Below, piece by piece: positions 1 through 12,459 of a stretch of 64,000 nt of DNA (within the stretch, counting starts at the first letter, position 1; each line of letters opens with the position of its first letter). Source of the DNA: an uncultured virus (IMG/VR IMGVR_UViG_3300029812_000136) (taxonomy: Duplodnaviria > Heunggongvirae > Uroviricota > Caudoviricetes); IMG/VR virus record IMGVR_UViG_3300029812_000136; one strand, given 5' to 3'. The position numbers and the translations under genes are program-made. The notes below the pieces were generated by a model. It was not told the origin of the DNA. It did no database searches and saw nothing but the letters and a program-made list of their open reading frames with translations.

Positions 1-356
1 AATCCCTACTTCTTTATGCAAAGGATAATTTACGAAAATCATAATATGATCGATGAGATTTCCTCTCAACTCAGATACCGCCTGTATCTCAACCAACGGT
101 AAATATTCATAAGACCGGGAGACATTGCTGTTTTCATGGATATTTTTTGTTCCTCCTAAAAAATGGCAATTCAGAAACCATGGTCACAATAAAAACATGA
201 CAAAAAAAGTCTACAAAAAAAAAAAAAAAAAAAAAAAAAAAACAAACTACGGTAAAAAGGACGGAAGCAAAAAAAAGGATTCACGTAATGTAGATGTGGT
301 GAAAATCAAACAAATAAATGTAAACATTTGAATAAGAAAGAATAGGAGGTGAAAGT

Positions 357-2776
357 ATGAAGAGAAAAAGGTTTACTGAACTTTATGGTGCAGCAGAATA
401 TAGGACTTTTGGTGGTAAAGTTTACAAACTTTTAAAATCTGATTTTAATTCAAAGTCAGAAGCTAATAGGTTTGTGCATGCTGGAGATATTATAAACAGA
501 TTAAATTATTATAGAATAATTATGCAACCAGATGGGTGGTATGCTGTTTACATAAGAAAAAAAGACAAAGGCAGATGAAATGACTAAAAATACAGACTTC
601 TTAAAAAAGTTTAAGATAAAGGAAGGAGGAATATATAAAACTCATCCATTACAGGAGTATATTTTGGAGGAATATAAGAACAACAAACAATTATCTATAG
701 TATGGAGAACATGTCCTGTTCAACAAACTAGTATCGGTGAAGATGCAAAGCATATAGGTGAGTTTTGGTACGTTCTTCGTTGGACAGATCAAGATCCAAT
801 CACTGGTTTTACGGTAATCAAAAAAAGTAAGATATTTTATTTTAAAACTCTCAAAGACTTGAAGAGAGCAATCAATAAAGAATTCAAAGATCATGGGTAT
901 GGCATTCATTATAAAGTAAGGTGAAAAATGAGATCTAATATACAAAAAATTATAGAACAAAGAAAAGAAGTCGAACATAAAATGAAGCGTGTTAGTGATT
1001 ATATTGATACAAATACTTTTCAGTACGCTAAAGGAAAGCAAAGAGATGTTGTTGACAGAAAAGTTGATGTTTTGGCTAATAATGTTAAGAGATCTCTTAA
1101 TGATTTGAAAGAAACTATTACTAGGGAGTTGAAAAAGATAGAATCTGAGTATCACAAAGTTGAAATGTTGGAATTTTTAGCTCGCAGTAATCCTCGTTAC
1201 ATGTGGAGATCCTATATAGATGAGTATAAGAAGGAAGGAAAATTATAAAAATGCCAAAGAAAAAGACTAAAAGAAAAGTGCGATTTGTGAATGTTAGTCC
1301 CAAAACTGTTAAATGTTTCAAGTGTGGAAAGATAATATTTAAAACAAATAAAAGTGATCATATTGTGTCTTGTAAAGGATGAGGATAAATAGGAGATATA
1401 ATGGTATTAAAAGACAAATATTTCTTCGTCAAATGTGAAGAAAAGGAAACAGGAATAAAGGGATGTTTCATCTCTAAGAAAAGAGGTGAAATCTTAAAGC
1501 ACAAAAATAGAGAATATTTCATCTTAACACCAAAAAAGAAAAGAAGTCTTGGTGTCAAGGTACTTGTCGGTACAAAATGCAAAGAATTTCTCGATAGATT
1601 TGGTCTTGTCTTAGATGCAAAGACAAAAACTATCAGACCAAAGAAAGTGATTGTTGAGAAAGACAAGGTCATAAAAAGTGGTGTAGGAAAGTTAAATCAT
1701 AAATTTGAAGGAAGAAAAATCCATCTCATAAAACTTGGTGGTGTAAGAAAAATATTTTTATATATGATAAAGATTGAAGAAGGAGGTAGAATGACTACCG
1801 AAAAGAATATGTTTTACAAAACTAAGGTTCAAGCTGAAAGAAGATTTAAGGACATGACAGGAAATTAGGAGGTGATAGATATGAAAAAAGTAATGAATAT
1901 GAGTCTTTCAGAAATAAGTGAATATCTGAACAAAGCAAAAGACAAGACTGATCTGAAAAAAAGAAAGCAAAAACTAAACACACAAATTCTTGGTGAAATA
2001 ACCAAGTGTAGAAGGGAAGAATACAAATTAACAGACAAAAAACAATTTATTGATGAATTTTATCATGGATAAATATATTTAGTAATGTGAATATGACAGA
2101 AAATAGGAGGTGATAAAAGAGAAATGAAAAGTATACCAATGGACAAAAGAAAACACAAGTTCTTTAAGGAACTAGGTTTTACTTTACCTATAAGTGGAAC
2201 ATATTACGGGTGGAAAATAGGAGATATATTTTATGAAGGTGATCCAAGTTCAAAAATAGTTGCTTGGTGGCCACCATATAGAGCATATCTTAAAAATGAG
2301 CATATTGTTTACGTAAGTAAAAAAAGAAAAAATAGGAGGTGAAAAATGTCAAAAGCTAAGAAAAAGAAGTGGAGATGTCATGGTTGTGGTGAAGAGTTTT
2401 ATACAAAAGCAGAATGCCAGAAGCACATAAAGAAGAGACATTGGGATTTCATAAATAGATCTGCTGGTCTTGGAAGTATGTATTTTAGGTGTGAGAAGAT
2501 AGAATGATACACAAAGAAGGTATACAATATAAAATAAAGAACATCTCTTATGAAGACGCAAAGAAGCGAGTCAAGGACAAATTAGGTATGATAAGAACAA
2601 AGGAGGGTATTGGTCTTTTGTGGACAAAATCAACTAAATCAACATATTTTTTGGACAAGTCTGGTACTCGTAGAGCGGTCTATAATCACACAGTTCGTGA
2701 TTTCTGGTGGATTCCACAATTTAGTGAGTTTCCTAAGGTGGAAATTCCAAGATATAGACAAGTAAAGCTTTTCTAA
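357..2776 (+). other. Cluster of small, basic hypothetical ORFs (357-578, 580-924, 928-1248, 1401-1868, 1872-2072, 2124-2342, 2504-2776)
   Basis: Tightly packed co-directional ORFs, several preceded by AGGAGGTGA-type SD sites; no recognisable domains. Confidence 0.6.
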
Positions 2777-2799
2777 GTAGGAGAAACAAAATAAACATA

Positions 2800-3120
2800 G
2801 TGAAAGATACCATTCATAGATGTGTGATGAACAAAACAGAAAAGAAAATTCTAAAACTGATATACTCTCAAGGCAGATATTGGTGGGTACATGATATATC
2901 TGAAAGGGTGGGTGTTAGTGATGTTACTACAAGGAAATATATCAAAAGTCTACGCAAAAATGGTTACATAATTGTCTCCAAAAGTCTCGGAACTTACAAG
3001 GTACAAAGTTTCAAAACTCTACTAAAAACAATAAAATTAAATCCTCCTCTTTTTCGTTCTCCTTATACAGTTGAGCAGTGTGAAAAGAGGATAAGTGAGG
3101 TGAGGAATATAATAAAATGA
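2800..3120 (+). CDS. Winged-helix DNA-binding protein
   Basis: TEKKILKLI...VHDISERVGVSDVTTRKYIKSLRKNGYI is a wHTH pattern. Confidence 0.7.
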   Translation: MKDTIHRCVMNKTEKKILKLIYSQGRYWWVHDISERVGVSDVTTRKYIKSLRKNGYIIVSKSLGTYKVQSFKTLLKTIKLNPPLFRSPYTVEQCEKRISEVRNIIK

Positions 3121-3420
3121 AAATTATAATAATCAAAATGGGTGATCATTTATTCATCGGAGGACTGTATGGTGAAAATATAATATATTATGAGAAAGAT
3201 ATTAAAGGAATATTGAATGCAGCTAAATTATCTTGGTCTGAAATGATTGATTATTTACCTGTAGAGGTAGAATTAACAAGAAAGATTTTGAAGAAATATC
3301 ATTGTTATGTGGAGTCACACTGGATAAAACCAAGTTTAAATCTTTATGGTAAATAATTTTTATGTGAAAAGAGGATGAATGAGTAGAATAGAGGTTTGGT
3401 TACATAGGTGATGTATAAAA

Positions 3421-3816
3421 ATGAAAGTGAATTGGAACACAACAAAAACTGATATTCCAGTTTTTGATGCATCTATATTAGATCCTAAAAACAAAAGAAG
3501 AGGGTATAATTGTAAGCTTAGGTGGATTTCACCAAATACGTTTCTTGAATATCAATATAAAATAATGGAATCAGGATTTTACTCAGGATTCTCTGAAACT
3601 GGAAAAAGTAGGTTTTGGATTGGTGTTGACAAATCTTCTATTGTTTTCATAAAAAAGCAAATTAAGCAAGGGAAGATTTTTTATCCTTTTGTTATTGAGT
3701 TTGATGAGAAAGGTAATTTGTTAGATTTTCAAGAGGGACGTCATAGGATAATTGCTATGAAAGAATTAGGAGTAAAGAGAGTACCTGTATATTTTTGTAA
3801 GGTAAGGAGAATTTAA
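3421..3816 (+). CDS. ParB/Srx-like domain protein
   Basis: P-hydrophobic strand followed by QEGRHRIIAMKELGVKRVPV, the ParB-N G-x-H-R motif. Confidence 0.75.
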   Translation: MKVNWNTTKTDIPVFDASILDPKNKRRGYNCKLRWISPNTFLEYQYKIMESGFYSGFSETGKSRFWIGVDKSSIVFIKKQIKQGKIFYPFVIEFDEKGNLLDFQEGRHRIIAMKELGVKRVPVYFCKVRRI

Positions 3817-4351
3817 TCCAAAAATGATAAATAAAGAAGTCAGAATTGATTGGAAAGATAAGACAGCAAGACCAAAAGTTGAATCGGTTATGTTAGATCC
3901 AAATGCATATTATTTCAAACGAGAATATAATGATGGGTGTATTCTTGCTTTTTATTCTCATGGAAGTTGGGGTGGAGTTTGTGACAGATTTAGAGGATGG
4001 GTTATTATAAAGATAATAGATAAAAGTAATGGTAAAGTTGTTTCTGTTTATGAGTTGGACTCTTTAGAGAGGAAGACATATAGGGAGTGGTTATCTGAAC
4101 AAAAGAAGTTGCACAAAGGATATAAGCAAACTTTCAAGTATAGTGATGGTCAGGATTTGTGGAAGATGAATGAGTGATTTTCTATCAAACAAGTCGAACC
4201 AACAACTCATCAAAAATGCATCTAAACGAGATGACTTCCAGATTACTATGAGTTGTTGCGATATATTGTTTGGTGAGTCTTGTAACCATAAAGTATTTAT
4301 AAAGGAGAAAAACCGAAAGTTTCATATATCTTGAGTTTTTAATGTGAGTTT

Positions 4352-4858
4352 ATGACACAAAAAGATGAGATGTGGGGTAGGGTAGGTTTCAAGATATACG
4401 AATTAGAGGTGATGAGACAGTGTCTTGATTATCTTGAGGGGATTGAGATGGCTCTCAATCGTATAAATCGTACTCTCGTAAGTCTCGATGATATCAAAAA
4501 TATGCAAACAAGGTTGGCTGATGTTTTGATTGAGTGGAATCTGAGAAATCCATCTGCGTTGAACAGAACAAAGAGTCTTATTCTGACAGTCACGGAATGG
4601 ATAGTCCTTCAGAATGGTTTATGTCTTACTATTGGTCTGTCGTTAGACGAGGTTGGTAAAGTTTTAAAGTCGAGAGAGGAGTTTATGAAGGTTGTCAAAC
4701 ATTTACACAGAAGGTTTGAGTTGTTCCCTGTCAGAATTGCTGCTGGACTCAAAGCAAGTGGATACAAACTTAATGAGGGAGAAGTGGAGCGGTTGAAGAG
4801 AGATTATAGAACACATGATTCTGAGATTGCTATAACAATGTTGGTGAAGGAAAGTTGA
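4352..4858 (+). CDS. Hypothetical protein
   Basis: 168-aa ORF downstream of a CCGAAAG-N-CATATAT promoter-like site (about 4313-4329). Confidence 0.55.
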   Translation: MTQKDEMWGRVGFKIYELEVMRQCLDYLEGIEMALNRINRTLVSLDDIKNMQTRLADVLIEWNLRNPSALNRTKSLILTVTEWIVLQNGLCLTIGLSLDEVGKVLKSREEFMKVVKHLHRRFELFPVRIAAGLKASGYKLNEGEVERLKRDYRTHDSEIAITMLVKES

Positions 4859-4887
4859 CAAGGAGTTCAAATCTTTTTATACTATAC

Positions 4888-4926
4888 CTCCGAGAAGACC
4901 ACCCTACTTGTAGGTGAGTAGTTCAC
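4888..4926 (+). mobile_element. Miniature IS200/IS605-end remnant (PATE-like)
   Basis: CTCCGAGAAGAC identical to 49286-49297 (left end of the tnpB element), then a hairpin and TAGTTCAC identical to that element's right end. Confidence 0.6.
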
Positions 4927-5139
4927 TAGGTTTTGTTTCATAACAGAAAGAAGTAAGAAAGAACTCTTAATTATCGTGTTTTATCGTTTTGGACCATGGT
5001 AATGTTGGTTTTAAGTAAATAAATACTTCTAATACTTTATCAAATGGACGTTTGATATATTTTATAAATCAATTTAGTTTTTATAGGATAAAAATAATAT
5101 ATATTAATTAGAAAGGGAGTTTATAATAAAAAATCAAAA

Positions 5140-5757
5140 ATGGGTGAAAAAATAGGTTATGCAAGGACATCCAAGAAAGATGAAAATATTGAGACACAAT
5201 TATTGAAACTGATAGAAAGTGGTATAGAAAGAGAAAAAATATTTTATGATGAAACTGTAAGTGGAATAGTTCCAGCAGAACAAAGAGAAGGATTTGGTAA
5301 ATTATTAGAATATACTAATGAAAATGAAGTATCAGGGATATATGTTTTTGAGTTATCAAGAATAGGACGAAATTTTGTTGAAACATTACAAACAATACGT
5401 AAATTAGAAGAAAGGAATATAATGATAATGTCTGTAAGTCCAAAGGAATCATGGTTATCTGTTACTGATAAAAGTATACGTGATTTAATTATGAGTATTT
5501 TTTCGTGGGTAGCAGAAAGAGAACGAGAAAATTTAGTTGAGAGAACTAAAGCTGGAATTGATAGAGCACGAAAAGAAGGTAAGCAGATTGGTCGTCCTGA
5601 AAGAAATATAGATTGGAAGGTGTTTGATAAGTGGTATAAAAAGGGGATTCCAATTAAGAGTATATCAAAAATCATGGAAATTCCATATCCAACTCTTTAT
5701 GCTAAAGTTAAAGAAAGAAAAAATAATGAAAAACAGAGGAATGATGTGAATGAATAA
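5140..5757 (+). CDS. Serine recombinase (resolvase/invertase family) with C-terminal HTH
   Basis: IGYARTS catalytic Ser motif, DETVSG, VFELSRIGRN, AERERENLVERTKAGIDRARKEGKQIGRP. Confidence 0.92.
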   Translation: MGEKIGYARTSKKDENIETQLLKLIESGIEREKIFYDETVSGIVPAEQREGFGKLLEYTNENEVSGIYVFELSRIGRNFVETLQTIRKLEERNIMIMSVSPKESWLSVTDKSIRDLIMSIFSWVAERERENLVERTKAGIDRARKEGKQIGRPERNIDWKVFDKWYKKGIPIKSISKIMEIPYPTLYAKVKERKNNEKQRNDVNE

Positions 5758-6589
5758 ACAAACAATTATTGATGAAAAAGTAAACTTATGCAAGTGTGGT
5801 TGTGGCCAACTCACCAAACTAGGAAAAGTATATATTTATGGTCATAGTAGAAAAGATCTAACCAAACAAAACAACGAATCAGTTAAAAGTATGTCTGAAA
5901 AACTCTCAGGCAGAACCAAAGAAAACGATGAATCAGTTAGAAGACGAGCAGAAAAAATGTCAGGTCGCACAAAAGAAACTCATGAAGGAGTGAGAAGACA
6001 ATCCCAAAAAATGACAGGCAAAAATAGTCCAAATTACGGTAAGCCACCCTGGAATAAAGGTCTCACAAAATACACTGATCCCAGTATCAAGAAAATTAGT
6101 GATAATCACACAGATATGTCTGGAGAACTCAACCCAAATTACGGGAAAGTCTGCTGGAACAAAGGACTCACAAAGGAAACCAATAAAAGTCTAAAAAGCC
6201 AATCCGAAAAACTCTCAGGCAAAAACAATCCATATTATGGAGTACATCGTTATGGTGAAAATTCTCCTACTTGGCAAGGTGGCAAATCTTTTGAACCTTA
6301 TTGTTTCAAGTTTAATTTTAATTTCAAAGAACGTGTCCGTGAATTCTTCAATCGTAGATGTTACGTTTGTGGCAAAACAGAACAAGAAAATGGTAGGAGA
6401 TTGTGTGTTCATCATGTTGGTTATGATAAAGACGTCTGTTGCAATGACGTAAAACCTTTGTTTGTTTCTTTATGCAAGAATTGTCATTCTAAAACCCATG
6501 GTAACAGACAATACTGGCAACAATATTTCACTAATCGCATCATGACAGAATTCAACGGTAAATGCTTCTACTCAAAACAAGAGATGTAA
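5750..6589 (+). CDS. HNH homing endonuclease with NUMOD3-like repeats
   Basis: CKCGCG N-terminus, repeated WNKGLTKET/GKNNPYYG units, C-terminal CYVC...LCVHH...LCKNCHSKTH. Confidence 0.88.
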   Translation: MNKQTIIDEKVNLCKCGCGQLTKLGKVYIYGHSRKDLTKQNNESVKSMSEKLSGRTKENDESVRRRAEKMSGRTKETHEGVRRQSQKMTGKNSPNYGKPPWNKGLTKYTDPSIKKISDNHTDMSGELNPNYGKVCWNKGLTKETNKSLKSQSEKLSGKNNPYYGVHRYGENSPTWQGGKSFEPYCFKFNFNFKERVREFFNRRCYVCGKTEQENGRRLCVHHVGYDKDVCCNDVKPLFVSLCKNCHSKTHGNRQYWQQYFTNRIMTEFNGKCFYSKQEM

Positions 6590-6618
6590 GGAATCAAAAA
6601 AGAAACAGAAAATGATAA

Positions 6619-8676
<2,058 letters not shown>

Positions 8677-8677
<1 letters not shown>

Positions 8678-9320
8678 AGTTTTTCACTAAAGGTTTGTTT
8701 TTTCAGGTATTACGAAGTTTGTAGGTATTATTATTGTTTTGTTATTTTGGTCGTTGTGGAGGTGTCTTTTCAAATTTCTATATAGAATATATATACTATA
8801 TAATTTATATATAGTTTTTTAGTATTGTTTTTTGGTGTGAAATAAGTTAATGAGAAGATATATATAGATTTATAAACTCTCTCTAAAGGTTTAGACAAGT
8901 TTTGAGTTGTTTTTGAGTAGTAGATTTTGTTTTTCTTTCTCAAGTGAGTTTTTCACTAAAGGAACTAAAGGAACTAAAGGTATGCATTAAACGTATTACT
9001 AATTCTTGATATATAATATAACTTCTATAGAGAATATATATATCTTTCAGTCAGAACTATATATTTCGCACCAAAATATATTAGCTTTTATAAAGCGATG
9101 CTTATTTACCTCTTATTTTCTTCATACACTCTTTTCACGGTCTCAATAACTAAAGTATCCTTATAGCTTCCTTATTTCTCTCACAGCGGCGTCAACCAAA
9201 AAAATTCGTTCTCCTTCACCACTCAAGTACTCAAATATTAATATTACGCAAAAAATATTATCAAGTAATAAATAGGTTTATATACAATAACCAAAAATAC
9301 CCAAAACTACTTATATCAGA
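8677..9320. other. AT-rich non-coding region, candidate replication origin
   Basis: No ORFs; 17-bp direct repeat GAGTTTTTCACTAAAGG (8677-8693, 8946-8962) plus tandem AACTAAAGG x2; (TA)n tracts; local G/T to C/A skew switch. Confidence 0.45.
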
Positions 9321-9325
9321 ACAAA

Positions 9326-9343
9326 CCGAAAGTTACTTATATA
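9326..9343 (+). promoter_or_regulatory. Archaeal BRE-TATA promoter
   Basis: CCGAAAG followed by TTATATA about 25 nt upstream of the first stem-loop of the structured region. Confidence 0.6.
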
Positions 9344-9367
9344 CTCCATATCAATTATCTTATACAT

Positions 9368-9953
9368 GAGGGGGGATGGGGTAAACATCCCTTGAGATAG
9401 AAGCACAAAAAAGGCGTCAGAAAAGTCGAAGTAATGGCCGATCCAGTGTTCCTTGACCAGTGCGATGCCTTGAGTAGAGTGGACATCCACCTGATATGTG
9501 CCTGACGTGAGAAAATACTTTGTAACATATTATATATTCAAAGTAAGCGTCTTTGGTAGTCTCCTGCCAAACTCCAAACACAGGGTCAACGACCAAGTGG
9601 GGAACTGACACGAGTGAGCGTGTTCGTGGAAAAATACAGAATAATGAAGCCATTCAGGCGGATATCCCACAGCATCTCTTCTCAGAGGTGTTGTGGGGAA
9701 ATTTTTGGTGGGAATATGGATATCTTTTTGAGGATCTTCTATTCTCAAAAATGTCAGGTTCGAGTCCTGATCTCACCATCGAGTTCCAGATAGTGCACAT
9801 CTCTCAGCCACGAGAGAGCGTATGGAGCTCAATATAAGCCATCGAATGTGGTCGGTGTCGAGCAATCGGCAAAAGTTCGGTGGCTGATATTAGTCTATAT
9901 AATAGATGTATAATATAGATGTCACCAATCAGGTGTAAATCCTGATGGTGTCT
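9368..9953 (+). ncRNA. Cluster of structured non-coding RNA elements
   Basis: GC-richer than the flanks, no credible ORF, consecutive stems with G-U pairs (9666-9697, 9781-9830, 9838-9884 with a GCAA tetraloop, about 9923-9950). Confidence 0.65.
9707..9778 (+). tRNA. Atypical tRNA-like element (reduced D-arm, 10-bp anticodon-position stem)
   Basis: Acceptor GGTGGGA/TCTCACC plus discriminator A; T-arm TCAGG-TTCGAGT-CCTGA; 7-nt loop TCTTCTA. Confidence 0.6.
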
Positions 9954-9968
9954 GAGGTGAAGAAAAAG

Positions 9969-10091
9969 ATGGGCATAAAAGTAAAAGAAGGTAGGTGCGT
10001 CTTTTGTGGTGCAAAAGTAGACCACGTAAGGGCTTACAATTGCATATGTGAAAAATGTGCAGAAGAAAGACACATCGAGAATAGAATGTAG
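9969..10091 (+). CDS. 40-aa Zn-finger microprotein
   Basis: GAGGTGA SD; CVFC...CEKC; below the ORF-track length cut-off. Confidence 0.6.
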   Translation: MGIKVKEGRCVFCGAKVDHVRAYNCICEKCAEERHIENRM

Positions 10092-10327
10092 GAGAGGTGT
10101 ATAAGAAAAAAATGAAAAATGAAAAAATCGAGGGGTTGGATGTGGAACCGTGGCAAATAGCACGAAATGTCAGAGAAGGGATAAGGACAAAAGCTGATCT
10201 GCGTAGATGTGGTTGCAAGAATTGTATGGAAGCATTAAAAATATTGGAGACCAAATAATACATTTCTTTCCTTTTTTGCAAGGGGTATGAGTCAAATCTC
10301 TGCTCCCAAACATAGGATAAGACAAAA

Positions 10328-11140
10328 ATGAATGAAGGAATAAATAAAGAAGCAAACGAAAAGTTTGCAGTAGAATTTGATGTAGAGAAGACCGACGGAA
10401 CGTGGGCAGAATATGGATTACTTCAAAAGTATCTGCTCCACGAAAACAATGAAATAAATTATAAAGCAATTGTGAAAGACGGGAATTTCATAAATTTCCG
10501 TTCAAGACGAGCGCAAATCATTCCCAACGAATTCATCCGTGAAGAAGTTGCACCAATATTAGAACAACTCGGTTTCAAACCACTCGAGTCCACGGGAAAA
10601 GTCCAATCTGTTCGTATGTTGGACTATTACCTTTCAGATGACAAGGTAACACTAAAGCACGATGAAAAAGAAGAGGAGATTGGCTTCGGGGTTCTTCTGT
10701 CAAATTCAATAGATGGATCGATGTTTACAGGAATGTCAGGGATAACATATCGCTTCATCTGCGGAAATGGAATGATAGGTGGAATGGAGACAATTCAGAG
10801 TATAAACAAATCTGATCTAATGTCAATAGTAGCCAATCCAAATAACAAGGACAAGGTAGCAAGTGATCTCAAGCAATCAGTCTTGATTATTACAGACGCA
10901 CTCAAAAATGTCATCAGAATCTACGAGTCAATGATGAAAGAAGAATTCACAAAAGAAAAATACAATACTCTCGAGCAATTATATCCAGAAAAACTCCTTG
11001 TTGATGTAGATACGTGTATCGGAAAAACAGTTTGGGATGCATACAACGAGCTCACCGAAACACTCTGGCATGATCGTGACAGAAGAAAGATAAACCAATA
11101 CGGAATGATGAGACACATTAATCGTGTCTTCAATATATAA
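10328..11140 (+). CDS. DUF932-like phage/plasmid protein
   Basis: LLSNSIDGS...YRFICGNGMI motif typical of the DUF932 family. Confidence 0.7.
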   Translation: MNEGINKEANEKFAVEFDVEKTDGTWAEYGLLQKYLLHENNEINYKAIVKDGNFINFRSRRAQIIPNEFIREEVAPILEQLGFKPLESTGKVQSVRMLDYYLSDDKVTLKHDEKEEEIGFGVLLSNSIDGSMFTGMSGITYRFICGNGMIGGMETIQSINKSDLMSIVANPNNKDKVASDLKQSVLIITDALKNVIRIYESMMKEEFTKEKYNTLEQLYPEKLLVDVDTCIGKTVWDAYNELTETLWHDRDRRKINQYGMMRHINRVFNI

Positions 11141-12129
11141 CCAGAAAAATGTCAGAAAACGAAAACACATGTGACCATTGCATGAGGCAGCCAGTCTGCC
11201 TCATCTATATTTTCACCAAAAAATTCCTTGAAGAACAATTCACTACATCAGGAAATAGTGGATCAGTCCGAAGAAAACAACCATTCCAACCCGAAAATAT
11301 AGCAAAAATCTGTGAATTCTATGATCCTGCATTGGGGAAATTAATTATTGAAGCATGATGGAAACTGAGAAAGAAGAATTAAAAGCAGCAGAAAAAGTGA
11401 TTTTAGATCCAAAGAATCAATTCTCAGAACAAGTCAAATCATTACACAAAATACAAAAGATTCTCAAAGATTGTGGAATCAATCCTCAAGCAAGAACACC
11501 AGAAATCTTACATGGTAGAATAATTCAAGCAAAAGAAATATTGAATTACCGTGAAGAAAAGAAACAAAAAACCGAAGAATTGAGGAAAAAAGAAAGTAGA
11601 GGACATAATTTTCCTTGGAAAAGGAAAAAAGGTACATAAATAAGGAGAAACAAAAAAAATGAAAACTGAAGAAACAACGTCTGCGTCCGAAGACGTAAAA
11701 ACTGAGGACATAAGATCTCTCGAAGGATATTTGTACATCCAAGAATATTGTGGAGACAGATACTGTCTCGGTAAATTAGAAACACAGGAAACGGCACTTG
11801 ACGTGTCTATAGACTCTTTGTTCGAAGGATTGAAAGGCAAGAGAGTCAAGGTGACAGTAGAGGAGATCATTGATTCCGAAGAGGCAAGTGAATAGGTGGA
11901 TAAAAAATGATCAGGGAATACAAAATAAGTATGGTCATAGTAGATGATACCAAGAAATTCAAGGAAGAAGCTCATGATATGAGTGAGGATTTAGAAGTTA
12001 TACCAGAGGATATTATGTTAGTACACATCAAGAAAGCAGTGAATAGATTCAGTAACTTTGAGTTGTTTGGTGTCTATGTGAAAGATGTGAAACTCGAAAT
12101 GGAATTGGGTGGAGAAAGGTGAATGATAG

Positions 12130-12459
12130 ATGAGGACAGGTTATATAATAAAAACATGGTTTGAGGAGCCTCAAGACATTTTAGAGAGTTTGATAAAAAA
12201 TGAGACAAAGTTTACAACAGATTCAACAAAGGACGAAGCAATATTCTTGGATAAAAGTGGAATAGTGTATAGGTTGCATTGTTCTGTGGGTGATAACTTA
12301 GTGAGTTGCAAGAAGTTAAAGGTATATGCATGGGACGTGTTTGGTGATGAATTCAAAGACTTACAAGAGAAGATGCAGTGGGAAGATGAACTTGGAGATG
12401 CTTTTTATAAAAAGTATCTCGAAGAACTTCTTGTCTTGAAGAAAGAGGTGACAGAATAA
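12130..12459 (+). CDS. Hypothetical protein, paralog of 14033-14329
   Basis: Shared G-x-[VI]-Y-x-[LV]-H-x-S-[VI]-G-D and WED-x-LG motifs. Confidence 0.6.
   Translation: MRTGYIIKTWFEEPQDILESLIKNETKFTTDSTKDEAIFLDKSGIVYRLHCSVGDNLVSCKKLKVYAWDVFGDEFKDLQEKMQWEDELGDAFYKKYLEELLVLKKEVTE

Noticed and set aside
125..331. ORF with a poly-Lys run from an approximately 28-nt poly-A tract
   Set aside because: A homopolymer near the window edge; likely low-quality sequence rather than a gene
9417..9837. ORFs across the structured region
   Set aside because: No SD or protein-like features; the sequence is better explained by RNA helices
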